From assembly GCA_965224025.1 (NCBI GenBank), contig OZ245033.1, positions 3,104,001-3,168,000 of the forward strand: DNA of 64,000 nt, given 5' to 3'. A program made the translations under genes and the position numbers. Positions 28,804 to 38,903 of this stretch are shown in pieces; within the stretch, counting starts at the first letter, position 1, and every line of letters starts with the position of its first letter. The notes below the pieces were generated by a model, which was not told the DNA's origin, did not search any database, and saw nothing but the letters and a program-made list of their open reading frames with translations. The stretch is from Candidatus Multivorans sp. Lineage in GTDB: Bacteria; Acidobacteriota; Thermoanaerobaculia; Multivoradales; Multivoraceae.

Positions 28804-31800
28804 GTGCGTGACGGCCGCCGGGGTCGCGGCGGCGGTAGGTCGGCCACTCCCGGTACCCGTCTGATCGAGGCGGCGTTCCCACTACGCCAGACCTCGTTGG
28901 ATTCGGTCCACGAGAAGAACGTCCGGCACGGGCATATCTCGACGCTGCACATCTGGCCGGCTCGGCGGCCGTTGGCGGCTTGCCGGGCGGTGTTGCTGGC
29001 GACGCTGCTGCCCGACCCGGGGGACGCGGATGGGCGGCGGCGGTTGATGGGGCGGATTGCGGGCGAGGTGCGCCAGCGGCAGACACCGGCCGGGAAGCTG
29101 AAGGACGAGACGGCGGGCGGCGTTCTGCACTGGGGCCGTGAGAGCGACCCGGAGCTTGAGAAGCTGCGGCATGAGGTCAGGGAGGCGTTCGGCGGGCGGG
29201 CGCCGCGAGTGCTGGATCCGTTTGCAGGCGGCGGGGCAATCCCGCTGGAGGCGATGCGGCTGGGCTGCGAGGTCACGGCCTCCGACCTCAACCCGGTGGC
29301 CTGGTTCGTGCTGCGCTGCACGCTGCACTATCCGCGGCTGGTTGCGGGGCAGGAACTGCCGCTACCGGAATTCGCGGTCGGCGACCGGAGCTTCGTTGAA
29401 GCGTTCCTCAAGGCGCAGGGCGTGACGAAGAAGGCCGCGCTGCGCGAGAGGCTGCGCGAGTTGGGCCATGCGGACGGAGAACCGGTACAACTGCGGTCGG
29501 CCTTGCTCGACGGCGCGGCCGACTCGGCCTGGAGGAAGGCGCGGACATCGGCGGCTCGGCATAGCGATCCGTCCCTGGGAACGCGGGCGTCCCGCCCGCA
29601 TCCGGCCCGAGACGGCGCCGTGCCCTCCCTGCCCGCGAGCTTCCCTTGGCACTTACGGGCTTGGGGTCGCCGCGTTCTGGCCGAGGCACGGCGCGAGCTG
29701 GCGAAGCGCTATCCGACCTATGCCGAGTTCGAGCCGGTGCGCCGGAAGGGTCGGCGAAAGCGGGACGCCGAGGTGCGGTTCCCGGAGAGGCGTTTCCGGC
29801 CGCGGCCGCCGGAACTGCTTGAGCCGGACTCCGAGGGCAACGTGTCGGTGGCGGCACTGAACGCCGAGTTCGACTCCGTTCATCTGGAGAACGAGGCGAA
29901 CCCGCGCTGGGTCGCGAAGCCGACGGTTGCCTACCTTTGGGCTCGCACGGTTCGTTGCGCGAACTGCCGGGCGGAGCTGCCGCTGCTCAAGACGCGCTGG
30001 CTGTGCAAGAAGCCCGGCAAGCGGGTGCTGCTTCAGATGACGACGCGGGCGGACGGTTCCGGAGTGGAGTTCGCGCTGGAGCACGGCGTGCCGGAAGGCG
30101 AGGGGAACGCGGCCCGGCGGCGCGAGCACGACCGGCGGCTCGGCGCCGGGACGATGAGCCGCAGCGGCGCCGAGTGTCCGTGCTGCGAGGCCATCGCGAC
30201 GACAGCCGACGTTCGGACCGAGGGAATCGCGGGGCGGCTCGGCGAACGGATGACCGCCGTGGTCGTGGCCGGGCAGCAGGGCAAGGAGTACCGCTTGCCG
30301 ACGAAGGTCGAGATCAAGGCGGTAAAGGTCGACGAGGAGGACCTGCGGGTTGTCTTCGACGGGATTCCGTTCGGTTTGCCGGAAGAGGAGATCTGTTCGG
30401 TTCGGCCGTCGCCAAACGCACGCGGCGCTTCTGGTCTGCCACGCTACGGTCTTGATACGTGGCGCAAGCTCTTCACCAGCCGTCAGTTGCTGGCGCTCGG
30501 GATATCCGTCCGGGCGATTCGAAGCGCTCCGGTCGCGATGAACGACTATCCGGAGGAGTGGCGCGAGGCGATGGCGGCGAACTTGGCCTGCGTCCTGAGC
30601 AAGCTGTCGGACTACAGCAGTTCCGTCTGTTCCTGGCACAACTCGGGTGAGAAGCTCAGAAACACTTTCGCTCGGTTTGCGTTGCCCATGGTGTGGGACT
30701 ACTGCGAGGTCAACCCGCTGTCCCAGACCTCAGGCGGCTTTGCGGCCATGATGGATTGGGTAGCGCGTTACACCGATCACGCGCTCGGCGCGCTCGCAGC
30801 AGCGTCAGCCCCCGAAGTACGAGCACAGAGCGCGGTCTCGCTGCGGGACGGCGGTGCCGACCTCATTTGCACCGATCCGCCCTACTACGATGCCATCCCG
30901 TACTCGGACCTCATGGACTTCTTCTACGTCTGGTTGCGCCGCGCGCTCGCCGGACTGTCGCCATCTGCGGATAGAGCCTTCGCCAGTCCCTTGGGGCCCA
31001 AATGGGACCCGGCGGCTTTGGGCGGAAGAGGGGATGGTGAACTCGTTGATCAGCCCGGTCGGTTCGCGGGTGACGGTGCCGAGTCGCGCCGCGCCTACGA
31101 GGACGGAATGGAGCTGACCTTCAGGCGCTGCCGCGAGGCTCTCGTCGACGACGGTCGCCTCGTAGTGGTGTTCGCTAACAAGCAGCCCTCCGCCTGGGAA
31201 ACCTTGGTTTCGGCCCTGATCCGTGCTGGTTTTGTCGTTCGAGCTTCTTGGCCGATCCAGACGGAGATGGTCAACAAGGTGGCGGGCGGCGCCCGACTGT
31301 CCTCCTCCATCTGGTTGGTGTGCCGCCGGCGCCCCGCAACCGCGCGGCCGGGCTGGGACGGCGGAGTGCTGTCGGAGATGCGCACCAACATCACGGATCG
31401 CCTGCGGCAGTTCTGGGACGCGGGCATTCGCGGCCCGGACTTCGTTTGGGCGGCGACCGGTCCGGCGCTCGAGGCCTTCAGCCGCCATCCTGTCGTCAAG
31501 AAGGCCGACGCCCAGGGTGAACTGCTGTCGGTCGCCGAGTTCCTGCGCCAGGTGCGGAGAATGGTCGTGGGCTTCGCGGTCAGCCGCCTGCTCGCGGGCG
31601 GGCTGCACGAGTCGCGAGCGGCTGCGGAACTCGACGACTTGACAACGTACTACCTCCTTCACCGCCACGACTATGGACTCGACGCGGCCCCGGCCGGCGC
31701 ATGCATCCTCTACGCCGTCTCCTGCAACCCGTCGGACGCCGAACTCGCCGGCGGTCTGGACCTGCTGGTGCGCGGCGGTGCCTCCAAGACCGCGGTCCCG

Positions 31801-32166
31801 GACGAGGATGGAGACGAGGACGGCTCAGAAACCGCCGGTTCGGCTTCGGAGGCCCGGCTGAAGCCGTGGAACCGGCGTCGCGGCCGCAACTTGGGCGAAC
31901 CCTCGGCGGACGGCGCAACGCCGCCCCTGATCGACTGCGTCCACCGGCTGATGCAGCTCTGGAAGACGGGCGAGCAGGGCCGCGTGGATCGCTACCTGGC
32001 CAACCGCGGGCTGTGGCGCCACGAGCTCTTCGCCCGCGTCGTCCAGGCGGTCATCGAACTCGCGGCCGAAGGCTCCGAGGAGCGGTCGATCCTGGAGTCG
32101 GTTCAGAACCACCTGCAAGGCCGGGGCGCCGCCGCTGTCGCACCGCGGCAGCGGAGCATGTTGTAG
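28804..32166 (+). CDS. DUF1156 adenine-specific DNA methyltransferase
   Basis: RHGHISTLHIWPARRPLAACRA; VLDPFAGGG (motif I); TDPPYY (motif IV); two CxxC pairs. Confidence 0.93.
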   Translation: MRDGRRGRGGGRSATPGTRLIEAAFPLRQTSLDSVHEKNVRHGHISTLHIWPARRPLAACRAVLLATLLPDPGDADGRRRLMGRIAGEVRQRQTPAGKLKDETAGGVLHWGRESDPELEKLRHEVREAFGGRAPRVLDPFAGGGAIPLEAMRLGCEVTASDLNPVAWFVLRCTLHYPRLVAGQELPLPEFAVGDRSFVEAFLKAQGVTKKAALRERLRELGHADGEPVQLRSALLDGAADSAWRKARTSAARHSDPSLGTRASRPHPARDGAVPSLPASFPWHLRAWGRRVLAEARRELAKRYPTYAEFEPVRRKGRRKRDAEVRFPERRFRPRPPELLEPDSEGNVSVAALNAEFDSVHLENEANPRWVAKPTVAYLWARTVRCANCRAELPLLKTRWLCKKPGKRVLLQMTTRADGSGVEFALEHGVPEGEGNAARRREHDRRLGAGTMSRSGAECPCCEAIATTADVRTEGIAGRLGERMTAVVVAGQQGKEYRLPTKVEIKAVKVDEEDLRVVFDGIPFGLPEEEICSVRPSPNARGASGLPRYGLDTWRKLFTSRQLLALGISVRAIRSAPVAMNDYPEEWREAMAANLACVLSKLSDYSSSVCSWHNSGEKLRNTFARFALPMVWDYCEVNPLSQTSGGFAAMMDWVARYTDHALGALAAASAPEVRAQSAVSLRDGGADLICTDPPYYDAIPYSDLMDFFYVWLRRALAGLSPSADRAFASPLGPKWDPAALGGRGDGELVDQPGRFAGDGAESRRAYEDGMELTFRRCREALVDDGRLVVVFANKQPSAWETLVSALIRAGFVVRASWPIQTEMVNKVAGGARLSSSIWLVCRRRPATARPGWDGGVLSEMRTNITDRLRQFWDAGIRGPDFVWAATGPALEAFSRHPVVKKADAQGELLSVAEFLRQVRRMVVGFAVSRLLAGGLHESRAAAELDDLTTYYLLHRHDYGLDAAPAGACILYAVSCNPSDAELAGGLDLLVRGGASKTAVPDEDGDEDGSETAGSASEARLKPWNRRRGRNLGEPSADGATPPLIDCVHRLMQLWKTGEQGRVDRYLANRGLWRHELFARVVQAVIELAAEGSEERSILESVQNHLQGRGAAAVAPRQRSML
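29573..29605 (+). repeat. REP-like palindromic element in-frame within the DUF1156 gene
   Basis: CCCTGGGAACGCGGGCGTCCCGCCCGCATCCGG, read as SLGTRASRPHP. Confidence 0.85.
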
Positions 32167-32175
32167 GTTCGCGCC

Positions 32176-33477
32176 GTGATCACGTCGGTTCGACTCAAGA
32201 ACTTCAAGAACTTCGCGGACGAGACGCTGCGGATGGGGCCCTTTACGGTCCTGGTCGGCGCCAACGCGAGCGGCAAGAGCAACATCCGCGACGCATTCCG
32301 CTTCCTGCACGGCATCGGCCGGGGATATCGACTGGCCGACATCATCGGCGGCCGGTATGGCGCCGGCGGACAGGTGGAGTGGGAGCCGATCCGTGGCGCC
32401 GTCGATGAGATCGTTCGCTTCGGCGATGCCGAGTTCCGCTTGGCGGTCAACATGAGGTTCGCCGTGGAGGGGTCGTCAGTCCACAAGTCGTGGCGCCCGG
32501 CGGCCTACGCCTTGGCCGTCGGTCGCGGGGCGAACGCAGCTTCCGTGTTCCGAGTGATCGACGAGAGTCTGTCGCTTGGTTGGGGGGAACCGCTCTTTAC
32601 GAGCACGCCGGACCCCGGCGATGCGATCTGGCGCGAAAGGGACGGTGCTGACTTGCTTCTACGCATGGCGAAGACCGGGTCGCAAAGGAAGTTGGGGAAC
32701 CGCGTCCGAGTTGCGCGGGACCGACCGGCGCTGGTGCAGATGCAGAAGCTGAAGGGCGTAGTTGGGTACCACCAGGGCGAAGCGCGGCGTACGCAGGATC
32801 TGCTCGCGAACATGCGCTTTCTTGACCTGTCGCCCGAGCGAATGCGGCGACCCGCATTCCCGGGCCAAACGGTCCTCGGCGACCGTGGCGACAACCTGCC
32901 GACGGTGCTGAGGGAGATTTGCGCCGACCCACGCCGGAGGGACACGCTAGTCGAATGGACACGTGAGTTGACGCCGATGGACGTGGAGGACTTCGCGTTC
33001 CCCGTCGATCCGACCACCGGTCGGGTTCAGTTGGCACTACGGGAGACTGGCAGCAGAACCGTCTCGGCCTACGCCGCCTCGGACGGCACGCTCCGCTTCT
33101 TGGCCATGCTGGCGGCCCTACTCGGTGGGGATCCTGCTGGTCTTTATGTCTTCGAAGAGATCGACAACGGGATTCATCCGTCGCGGCTGAGGCTGCTGAT
33201 CGACCTCATCGAAAGCCAGACGAAGAAGGGGCATGTGCAGGTGCTGACGACCACTCATTCGCCGGACCTGCTATCGATGGTCAGCGACGAGACCTTCAAG
33301 CACACGTCGGTGGTCTGCCGCCATCCGGAGACCAACGCCGCCGTCATTCGGCCGGTTGCGGAGCTACCGGACGCCGACCGCCTTCGCCAATCGCGTGGGT
33401 TGGGGAGGCTTCATGCCTCCGGCTGGATGGAGGACGCCGTGTTCTTCACGGAAGAGGACGGTGCGGTCGAACCGTGA
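32176..33477 (+). CDS. ABC/AAA_21-type ATPase (defence-associated)
   Basis: LKNFKNF, GANASGKS, SDGTLR, FEEIDNGIHP and TTHS motifs. Confidence 0.88.
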   Translation: MITSVRLKNFKNFADETLRMGPFTVLVGANASGKSNIRDAFRFLHGIGRGYRLADIIGGRYGAGGQVEWEPIRGAVDEIVRFGDAEFRLAVNMRFAVEGSSVHKSWRPAAYALAVGRGANAASVFRVIDESLSLGWGEPLFTSTPDPGDAIWRERDGADLLLRMAKTGSQRKLGNRVRVARDRPALVQMQKLKGVVGYHQGEARRTQDLLANMRFLDLSPERMRRPAFPGQTVLGDRGDNLPTVLREICADPRRRDTLVEWTRELTPMDVEDFAFPVDPTTGRVQLALRETGSRTVSAYAASDGTLRFLAMLAALLGGDPAGLYVFEEIDNGIHPSRLRLLIDLIESQTKKGHVQVLTTTHSPDLLSMVSDETFKHTSVVCRHPETNAAVIRPVAELPDADRLRQSRGLGRLHASGWMEDAVFFTEEDGAVEP

Positions 33478-34043
33478 GAGTCCTGATCGTGCCGGAGGAC
33501 TTCCGCAAGGACCAGTACATCCTCAAGCCCCTCTTCGAGCGGTTGTTCCGAGAGTTGGGAAGGGGCGCGGCGCGCATCCGGGTCTGTCAGAACCCCTTGC
33601 TCGGCGGTATCGACCAGGCGTTGAAGTCGGAACGCCTGGCGGAGATCATGGATCTGTACCGTATGGTCGACATCTTCGTTCTGTGCGTGGACCGAGACGG
33701 CGAGAAGGGGCGACGGCGTCGCTTGGACGCCATCGAGGAGGAGTTCAGCGCCGGGCGGACGTTTCTGGCGGAGAACGCCTGGGAGGAGTTGGAGACCTGG
33801 ACGCTTGCAGGTCTCGATCTGCCTCCGGCGTGGAACTGGTCCGACGTTCGCGCCGAAGTTTCCGTCAAGGAGCGGTACTTCGACAAGCTCGCTGAGGAAC
33901 GAGGCGTCGCCGATGCACCCGGAGGCGGCCGCAGGCCCTTGGGCGAGGAAGCTGCGCGCAGGATCTCAGCCATCCGGCAGAAGTGTCCCGAGGACTTCGA
34001 TGCTCTCGCTCTCCGGTTGGAGAGCCTTGTGGCCGCTGGCTGA
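33474..34043 (+). CDS. Putative TOPRIM-like (DUF4276-like) partner of the ATPase
   Basis: GTGA overlap; VLIVPED, VDRD (DxD) and ELETW motifs. Confidence 0.6.
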   Translation: MRVLIVPEDFRKDQYILKPLFERLFRELGRGAARIRVCQNPLLGGIDQALKSERLAEIMDLYRMVDIFVLCVDRDGEKGRRRRLDAIEEEFSAGRTFLAENAWEELETWTLAGLDLPPAWNWSDVRAEVSVKERYFDKLAEERGVADAPGGGRRPLGEEAARRISAIRQKCPEDFDALALRLESLVAAG

Positions 34044-34116
34044 CCGGCTTGGGTAGCGCGTCGTTCGAGTCGACACTTCCGGCGGGACCGCTGCGCGGCC
34101 GCCGATCAGCGCGCGC

Positions 34117-35586
34117 CTACCGCCCACCTGACTCGTCGCCTTGGAACATTGGCGTCGTCGCCATCGGCCCGAGCGTCAGGGCCGATTTCCCGACGGCGTA
34201 GCAGTAGGCCGCGGCGGGTCCGATGTTGATCGGACCGCTGCCGGCCCACGGCTGGTCTCCCCGTCGCGCCGTCCTCGTTGTGAGCAGGACTCGGGTGTTC
34301 GGGTGGCGTTGCGAAAACGCCACGAGACCCTCGAGTCGGTTGGGCGCCGCGGCCAGTCGGTCCGACCACTTGACTTCGACGCACCAATCCGGCCGCTGCC
34401 GGGCGTCGAGATGAACGAGGTCCACCTCGCCGGCCGGGATGCTCCGCCGTGCAGGCCACCGGGCGTAGTGGAGGTTCGCGTTCGAGTGAAGCCACTGGGC
34501 GAAGACCGCGGTTTCGACCAGGCTGCCGAAGACGTCGTCCTGTTCGTCCACGGGACCGAACAGGGCCGTGCGGAGGGACGGTGTGGCGAGGTGGATCTTG
34601 AAGTGCGTGGCACGTTTGAACCGCCTTGCATTCTCGTCGATCCGGTGGATCCTCCGGATCAGGAAGGCGGCTTCCAGATAGTCGAGGTAGCGTCTTATCG
34701 TCGGCTTGCTCACGCCCGACCCCTTGGACAAGGCGTCGAGCGAGATCTCTCCCGCCGTGTTGTAGGCGAGCATCGCGAACAGCCGGTTGAGTTCCTGGAC
34801 GTCCCGGATGCCGTAGAGACTTGGGAGGTCGCGGAGAAGCACCTTGTCCACGATGTCGGACCGAATGTAGCGCCCCGGGTCTTCGCGCACGGAGGTGGAC
34901 GTGATCGCCTCGGGGTAGCCGCCGAAGTTGACGTAGTCGACGAAGTGCCGGTTGAGCTCCGTCCAGTCCCCGCCGCGGAGTCGGTCTGAGCGCGGCGGGT
35001 TTGCGAGACGGTCGATCCCCGAGAGGTACAGGTACTCCCAGAACGTGAGTGGCGGCAGCAGAAAGTCGGTGAAGCGGCCGGCGCCCGACTCCACGCTCTT
35101 GCGTTTCAGTGCCGCGGCCGCCGATCCGCAGGCGACGCACTGGACTTCGGGGTGCGCGTCGACAAAAGCCTTCAGGTGGCGTTCCCAGTCCGGCAGGTAC
35201 TGGATTTCGTCGAGGAGCAGGACGCGCAGGCCTTTCCCGTCGTCTACCTGGGCGGCGCGAGAGAGTGCCTGCGCGGCATCTTCGATCGACAGCCCGGTGT
35301 AGAGCGGCTGATCGAGAGAGAGATAGCCGATCTGCCGCGGGCCGCACCGTTCGGAGTCGATCAGACGCCGGATCACGTGGTGGAGCAAGACGGTCTTGCC
35401 GATGCGTCGCGGTCCCATGAGGATGACCGCCCGCCGCACGTCGGTTCTCGTCGCCAAGTCCGCGAACTGGCTGCAGTACGTCCTCTCGGCGAGCACCTCG
35501 TAATCTCGGCGGATGCGGCCGTCCGTCCACCACGGATTGTCGGCCTTCATCCGCTGGAGGCGTTGATCTCCCGAGATCTCGCGCAT
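34117..35586 (-). CDS. AAA_14 / DUF4143 ATP-binding protein
   Basis: GPRRIGKT, LLDEIQ, ESGAGR, GGYPE and GEVDLV...VEVKW motifs. Confidence 0.88.
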   Translation of the reverse strand: MREISGDQRLQRMKADNPWWTDGRIRRDYEVLAERTYCSQFADLATRTDVRRAVILMGPRRIGKTVLLHHVIRRLIDSERCGPRQIGYLSLDQPLYTGLSIEDAAQALSRAAQVDDGKGLRVLLLDEIQYLPDWERHLKAFVDAHPEVQCVACGSAAAALKRKSVESGAGRFTDFLLPPLTFWEYLYLSGIDRLANPPRSDRLRGGDWTELNRHFVDYVNFGGYPEAITSTSVREDPGRYIRSDIVDKVLLRDLPSLYGIRDVQELNRLFAMLAYNTAGEISLDALSKGSGVSKPTIRRYLDYLEAAFLIRRIHRIDENARRFKRATHFKIHLATPSLRTALFGPVDEQDDVFGSLVETAVFAQWLHSNANLHYARWPARRSIPAGEVDLVHLDARQRPDWCVEVKWSDRLAAAPNRLEGLVAFSQRHPNTRVLLTTRTARRGDQPWAGSGPINIGPAAAYCYAVGKSALTLGPMATTPMFQGDESGGR

Positions 35587-35809
35587 GAGGTGAACATAGC
35601 GCCTCCGGTGCGGATTGGTCAAGCTAGAGAAAGAACACTTGTCTTAGCTTGATGGCGACCCGTAAACCGTTCACTATCAGTGAGTTACCGCAGGTGACGA
35701 GCGGACACGGGACGACGGACCGGCTGCCGGCACCTCCGCGAGCGAACTGTGTTGTAGGTTCGCCCGACACCTTGCGTGCTCCGACCGTTCCCGTCTCGAG
35801 GAGACGAAC

Positions 35810-36931
35810 ATGCCCGATTCGGCGCCACCGAAAGCTGCCCCCATCCTGTTCGCCGCGGTGTGGCTGGCCGCGTCGACAGCCGGCGGTCAGCCCGCGCCGG
35901 ACCGGCCCCAGTTCCACGACGCTCACTTCCACCTGACGAACTACGTCCAGCGCGGCGTCACGTTGAGCGAGTTCCTCGTGACGGCGGGCGACGACGTGGG
36001 CCGCACGGCCGTCTTCGGTATCCCCCTGCAGCAGAAGTGGGACTTCTTCGAATCGGGCGAGAGGGCGCCAGACTACTACCTGCACTCGGATGCGGCGCTC
36101 TACTACTACTCCTTCGTCGACGCGATCATCGCCGAGGAGTACCAGTTGCTCTCGCCGGAGGAGCAAGAGCGGTTCGACCCGATGATCACCGGCTTCAACC
36201 CGACCGACATGTATGCCGCCGATCACATCCGGCGCGTCCTGACGCTCTACCCGGGGGTGTTTTCCGGGATCGGGGAGTTCTCGATCCACAAGGAGTTCGT
36301 GACTTCGAAGACTCTGGGGCACACGGCCAGTCTGAGGAATCCCGCTCTGCACCGGGTGCTCGACTTCGCGGGCGAAGTCGGCTTGGCGGTCATTCTCCAC
36401 AACGACATCGACACCGTGCTGCCTACTGGAGCGCCCGAGCCGGTCCACCTGGAGTTGCTCCGAGAGATCTTCCGCGCCCACCCCGAGGTCACGATCATCT
36501 GGGCGCACACGGGGCTCGGCCGCTTCGTGGCCCCGGCCGTCGACCATGTGGAGTTGCTCGATGGACTGCTGTTCGACGACGCGTTCGCCCACGTCCACTG
36601 CGACCTTTCGTGGGACGAGGTGGCGAAGTACGTCGTCCGCGACGAGGGTGCGCTCGAAGCCTGGGCGGCCCTGCTTGAGCGGCATCCGGACCGCTTCCTG
36701 TTCGGCACGGACTCCGTGGCGCCCGCCGACCGCGACGGCTACCTCAAGACCTGGCGCGACTACCGGCGGCTCTGGGAGCGTCTGAGCGAGGAGACGCGTT
36801 ACGCGATCCTGAGGGGCAACTACGAGCGCATTTTCGACGCCGCCAACAGCCGAGTGCGCACGTGGGAGGAGCGGAACGTCGGTCGGCCCCAGGGCACCGA
36901 GGTGGCGTCGGATGGAACGGTGGAGCAGTAG
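35810..36931 (+). CDS. Exported amidohydrolase-family metallohydrolase
   Basis: Signal peptide; DAHFH, GIGEF, HND, WAH and FLFGTD motifs; GAGGAG RBS. Confidence 0.85.
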   Translation: MPDSAPPKAAPILFAAVWLAASTAGGQPAPDRPQFHDAHFHLTNYVQRGVTLSEFLVTAGDDVGRTAVFGIPLQQKWDFFESGERAPDYYLHSDAALYYYSFVDAIIAEEYQLLSPEEQERFDPMITGFNPTDMYAADHIRRVLTLYPGVFSGIGEFSIHKEFVTSKTLGHTASLRNPALHRVLDFAGEVGLAVILHNDIDTVLPTGAPEPVHLELLREIFRAHPEVTIIWAHTGLGRFVAPAVDHVELLDGLLFDDAFAHVHCDLSWDEVAKYVVRDEGALEAWAALLERHPDRFLFGTDSVAPADRDGYLKTWRDYRRLWERLSEETRYAILRGNYERIFDAANSRVRTWEERNVGRPQGTEVASDGTVEQ

Positions 36932-36996
36932 GGTAGACCCCCGATGGCGGCATCATCCTGTCGTTGGCGCCGAGAGACCTTCTGTAGGCTGTGGCC

Positions 36997-38268
36997 ATGA
37001 TCCGCCGGATCCAAGCGCTCAACTACCGCTGTCTGCGCTCAATCGATGTACGGCTTGACCGGTTTCACGTGCTGGTCGGGCCCAACGGAAGCGGCAAGAG
37101 CACGCTGCTCGATGTGGTCGGCTTCCTGGGCGACATGGTGTCCGAGGGGTTGCACAAGGCTGTCGAGGCACGCACCCGGAACTTCCAGGACTTGGTTTGG
37201 GGTCGACCCAAGGACGGTCTTGGCTTCGAGTTGGCGGTGGAGTTCGATCTACCGGACAACGTGAAGAGCGAGCTGCCCGGGGACAAGGGCTTCGAGCTCT
37301 TTCGCTACGAGATCGGGATCGAGGAGGACGAGCGTGGCGGAGTACGCATCGAATCCGAAAGGGGTCTGCTCCTTCCCCGCTGGGACGACGCACCAGCGCA
37401 GCGTGTTCTTCGTTTCCCGGATCCGCCGACCGCCCCTCCGACGATCCTCCTTCGCGGCGGACGACGCGGCGCCCGAACGATACTGAGCAAGTCCGATACG
37501 GGAAGGGACAACTTCAATATCGAAGTCTCGGACAAACCTGGCAAGGGGTGGGCCATCAGCATTTCGTTCGGCCCGGGACGATCGACGCTGCGGAACTTGC
37601 CGGAGGCCCCTGAGAAGTTCCCTGCTTCGACTTACGTCAGGCGCTTGTTGGAGACGGGTACCCACAGGCTTTTCCTGGACAGCGAGCGGATGCGCCAATC
37701 GAGCCCTCCGGAGCGGCGGCGCGAGGCTCTATCTTCCGACGGCGCCAATCTCCCTCGTGTGATCCGGAGGCTCCAGGAAGACTGCGGCGAGAAGTTCAAA
37801 CAGTGGCTGAGTCATGTTCGCTCGGCGCTGCCTGCGATCCGGGGCGTTCGTGTTGTCGACCGAAAGGACGATCGCCACTGCTATCTGATGATTCGCTACG
37901 AGACAGGGGTAGAAATTCCCTCGTGGATGCTGTCCGACGGGACGTTGCGGCTCCTGGCGCTGACTCTGCCAGCCTATCTTGCGGATTCTGAGGGGATTTA
38001 CCTCATCGAGGAACCGGAGGACGGTCTTCATCCAGGCGTGGTGCAGGACGTGTACGACGCTCTGTCGTCGGTGTACAACTCCCAGGTGTTGCTGGCGACG
38101 CATTCGCCCGTCTTCCTTAGCCATGTAGATCTGGAGCACGTTCTCTGCCTGGGAATGGACGCCCATGGCGCGACGGACATGATCCCGGCGACGGCGCATC
38201 CCAGACTCAGGGACTGGCGGGGAGAGCCGGACTTGAGTGTTTACTTCGCGGCGGGTGTCTTGGGATGA
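36997..38268 (+). CDS. AAA/ABC ATPase resembling MADS component MAD3
   Basis: ALNYRCLR, GPNGSGKST, PSWMLSDGTLRLLALT, LIEEPEDGLHP and ATHSP motifs. Confidence 0.82.
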   Translation: MIRRIQALNYRCLRSIDVRLDRFHVLVGPNGSGKSTLLDVVGFLGDMVSEGLHKAVEARTRNFQDLVWGRPKDGLGFELAVEFDLPDNVKSELPGDKGFELFRYEIGIEEDERGGVRIESERGLLLPRWDDAPAQRVLRFPDPPTAPPTILLRGGRRGARTILSKSDTGRDNFNIEVSDKPGKGWAISISFGPGRSTLRNLPEAPEKFPASTYVRRLLETGTHRLFLDSERMRQSSPPERRREALSSDGANLPRVIRRLQEDCGEKFKQWLSHVRSALPAIRGVRVVDRKDDRHCYLMIRYETGVEIPSWMLSDGTLRLLALTLPAYLADSEGIYLIEEPEDGLHPGVVQDVYDALSSVYNSQVLLATHSPVFLSHVDLEHVLCLGMDAHGATDMIPATAHPRLRDWRGEPDLSVYFAAGVLG

Positions 38269-38903
38269 ATTCCGGCGCCGCGCCCCTGAATCTCATCGTT
38301 CTGGCCGCAGACAAGCACATCAAGGCGTCGCTTGAGGCGTTGCTGCGACGGCGGCCTGCGGATTTGGGGATTCGGGACGTGGTGTTTGAAACGTATCGGC
38401 ATCCCGAGTCGGATCCGGGCTGCCGGGTCAGGGCAGTTGAGTTTCTGCGCCCGTTTGCCAACGAAGATACTCACGCCCTGGTTGTCTTCGATCACGAGGG
38501 GTGCGGTAGCCGGGATTCGCCCGAGAAGATCCAGAAAGGAGTTGAAGAAGCGCTCGGGCGCAACGGCTGGAGGGGGCGCTCAAGGGTCATCGTGATCTCC
38601 CCAGAGTTGGAGGCATGGGTTTGGAACTCCTCAGATGCAGTCGCGCGTTTCCTCGGATGGGGTGACCGGCTCGATCCGCTGCGGGCGTGGCTTGAGGACC
38701 GGGGCCTCTGGTCGCGGCGGAATCCCAAGCCGGCCGATCCGAAGGAGGCTCTACGTCAGGCGCTGCGCCGCAGAGGCCGGGTGCCGTCCGCTGCCTTGTT
38801 CAGGAAGCTGGCCGCCTCCGTGGACTTTGCCGGCTGTGAGGACCGTGCCTTCAACGAACTGCTCGGCACCCTCCGAACGTGGTTCCCGAGGTCTGAGGCC
38901 TGA
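38265..38903 (+). CDS. MAD4-like protein (partner of MAD3-like ATPase)
   Basis: LIVLAADK, LGIR, HPESDPGC, FDHEGCG, PELEAWVW, KPADPKEA and C.DRAF pattern; ATGA overlap. Confidence 0.75.
   Translation: MNSGAAPLNLIVLAADKHIKASLEALLRRRPADLGIRDVVFETYRHPESDPGCRVRAVEFLRPFANEDTHALVVFDHEGCGSRDSPEKIQKGVEEALGRNGWRGRSRVIVISPELEAWVWNSSDAVARFLGWGDRLDPLRAWLEDRGLWSRRNPKPADPKEALRQALRRRGRVPSAALFRKLAASVDFAGCEDRAFNELLGTLRTWFPRSEA

Noticed and set aside
28700-29086. Candidate hicA upstream of hicB
   Set aside because: Translation lacks the HicA G-S-H motif and overlaps the methylase antisense
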